Below, piece by piece: positions 41,744 through 42,034 of a stretch of 42,034 nucleotides of DNA. The position numbers were made by a program, and so were the translations under genes. Within the stretch, counting starts at the first letter, position 1. Each line of letters begins with the position of its first letter. The notes under the pieces are model-generated. The model was not told where the DNA came from and did not search any database. It saw nothing but the letters and a program-made list of their open reading frames with translations. The stretch lies in NCBI GenBank assembly GCA_964530855.1, contig CAZHBV010000001.1, positions 1 to 42,034 of the forward strand, given 5' to 3'. This stretch comes from an uncultured Candidatus Saccharibacteria bacterium. GTDB taxonomy: Bacteria; Patescibacteriota; Minisyncoccia; Minisyncoccales; PEYH01.

Positions 41744-42034
41744 TATTTTTGCTTTAATTAGAAGAATCGAACCGATTACATTATCAAAACCAAGTTGGGC
41801 TAAGTCTGGTGCTGTAACCCCTATAGCAAGAGCAATCCCTCTTGGAATAATTGCCCCAGCACCATTGATAATCCTGGGACCATTTGTGATTGCGTCTTTC
41901 CGGTCATATAAAATTGCCAGATACGAAGAACCTTTTTCAAGGCCAACATAAGAAATTCCTTCCGGTAGAAAGACGCTTACATTTCTTCCTCCCAAAAGAC
42001 CAGAAAAACTACCGTTACCATCCTCTATATCATC
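41738..42034 (-). CDS. Hypothetical protein, C-terminal fragment (5' end of the gene is off the window)
   Basis: The frame stays open from the window edge (DDIEDGNGSFSGLLGGRNVSVFLPEG...). I recognise no motif. Confidence 0.4.
   Translation of the reverse strand, partial: DDIEDGNGSFSGLLGGRNVSVFLPEGISYVGLEKGSSYLAILYDRKDAITNGPRIINGAGAIIPRGIALAIGVTAPDLAQLGFDNVIGSILLIKAKIL

Noticed and set aside
1-42034. Alternative genetic code (UGA recoded, as in some CPR lineages)
   Set aside because: Several well-recognised genes (DUF72, DUF763, rpmH and others) terminate at TGA at the expected protein length, and no conserved domain is interrupted by in-frame TGA. The standard bacterial code fits.
1-42034. 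CRISPR arrays, transposases/IS elements, integrases, prophage or toxin-antitoxin/defence islands
   Set aside because: I saw no regularly spaced direct repeats and no DDE, serine or tyrosine recombinase motifs. The only mobile element I can support is the intein in rtcB. The PIN-like protein at 19249-20319 lacks an adjacent small antitoxin-like gene.

Overview
The window is a 42-kb, very AT-rich, tightly packed bacterial chromosome segment that includes the replication origin region. The layout dnaN<-dnaA | oriC-like spacer | rpmH->rnpA->yidC->jag sits at 37.2-41.7 kb. Small proteins, many 1-8 nt gene overlaps and the gene content suggest a reduced genome of the CPR/Patescibacteria type, but that placement is inference only. 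I support about 50 CDS, one tRNA (Arg-CCG), three clear rho-independent terminators and several candidate promoters. Two CDS were missing from the ORF track: a PolX partial at the left edge and rpmH. I saw no CRISPR array, transposase or prophage.

Housekeeping content:
- Recombination, repair and replication: ruvA, ruvB-yebC-ruvC, mutM, holA, a stand-alone 5'-3' exonuclease and PolX.
- Cell wall: a MurE-like ligase, a class A PBP and an L,D-transpeptidase fusion.
- Signalling: a HAMP protein, a PAS histidine kinase and two receiver-only proteins.
- Other: greA, rpsT, tsaE and a PilB/GspE-type ATPase.

Most notable observations:
1. rtcB is split by a 512-aa LAGLIDADG intein. It lies in a cassette of archease, an unknown 356-aa coiled-coil/PIN(NYN, YacP-like) protein, and RtcB. 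This is my best candidate for an undescribed RNA-processing or repair system.
2. An Elp3 radical-SAM/GNAT gene and a Trm9-like methyltransferase are divergent, and their start codons share one CATG. This is a eukaryote/archaea-style U34 tRNA modification pair, and it sits next to a tRNA gene.
3. A presenilin/SPP-type intramembrane aspartyl protease carries the YD, GxGD and PAL motifs.
4. A GC-rich, multi-helix 148-nt intergenic element lies between the pilB-like gene and ruvB and looks like a structured RNA of unknown class.
5. PolX is translationally coupled to a DUF72 gene that carries an in-frame heptanucleotide repeat.
6. There are three YfbR-like HD domains. Two are fused in one protein, and the third is a compositionally foreign, GC-richer gene.

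All protein family calls come from motifs I recognise in the translations. No database search was run.
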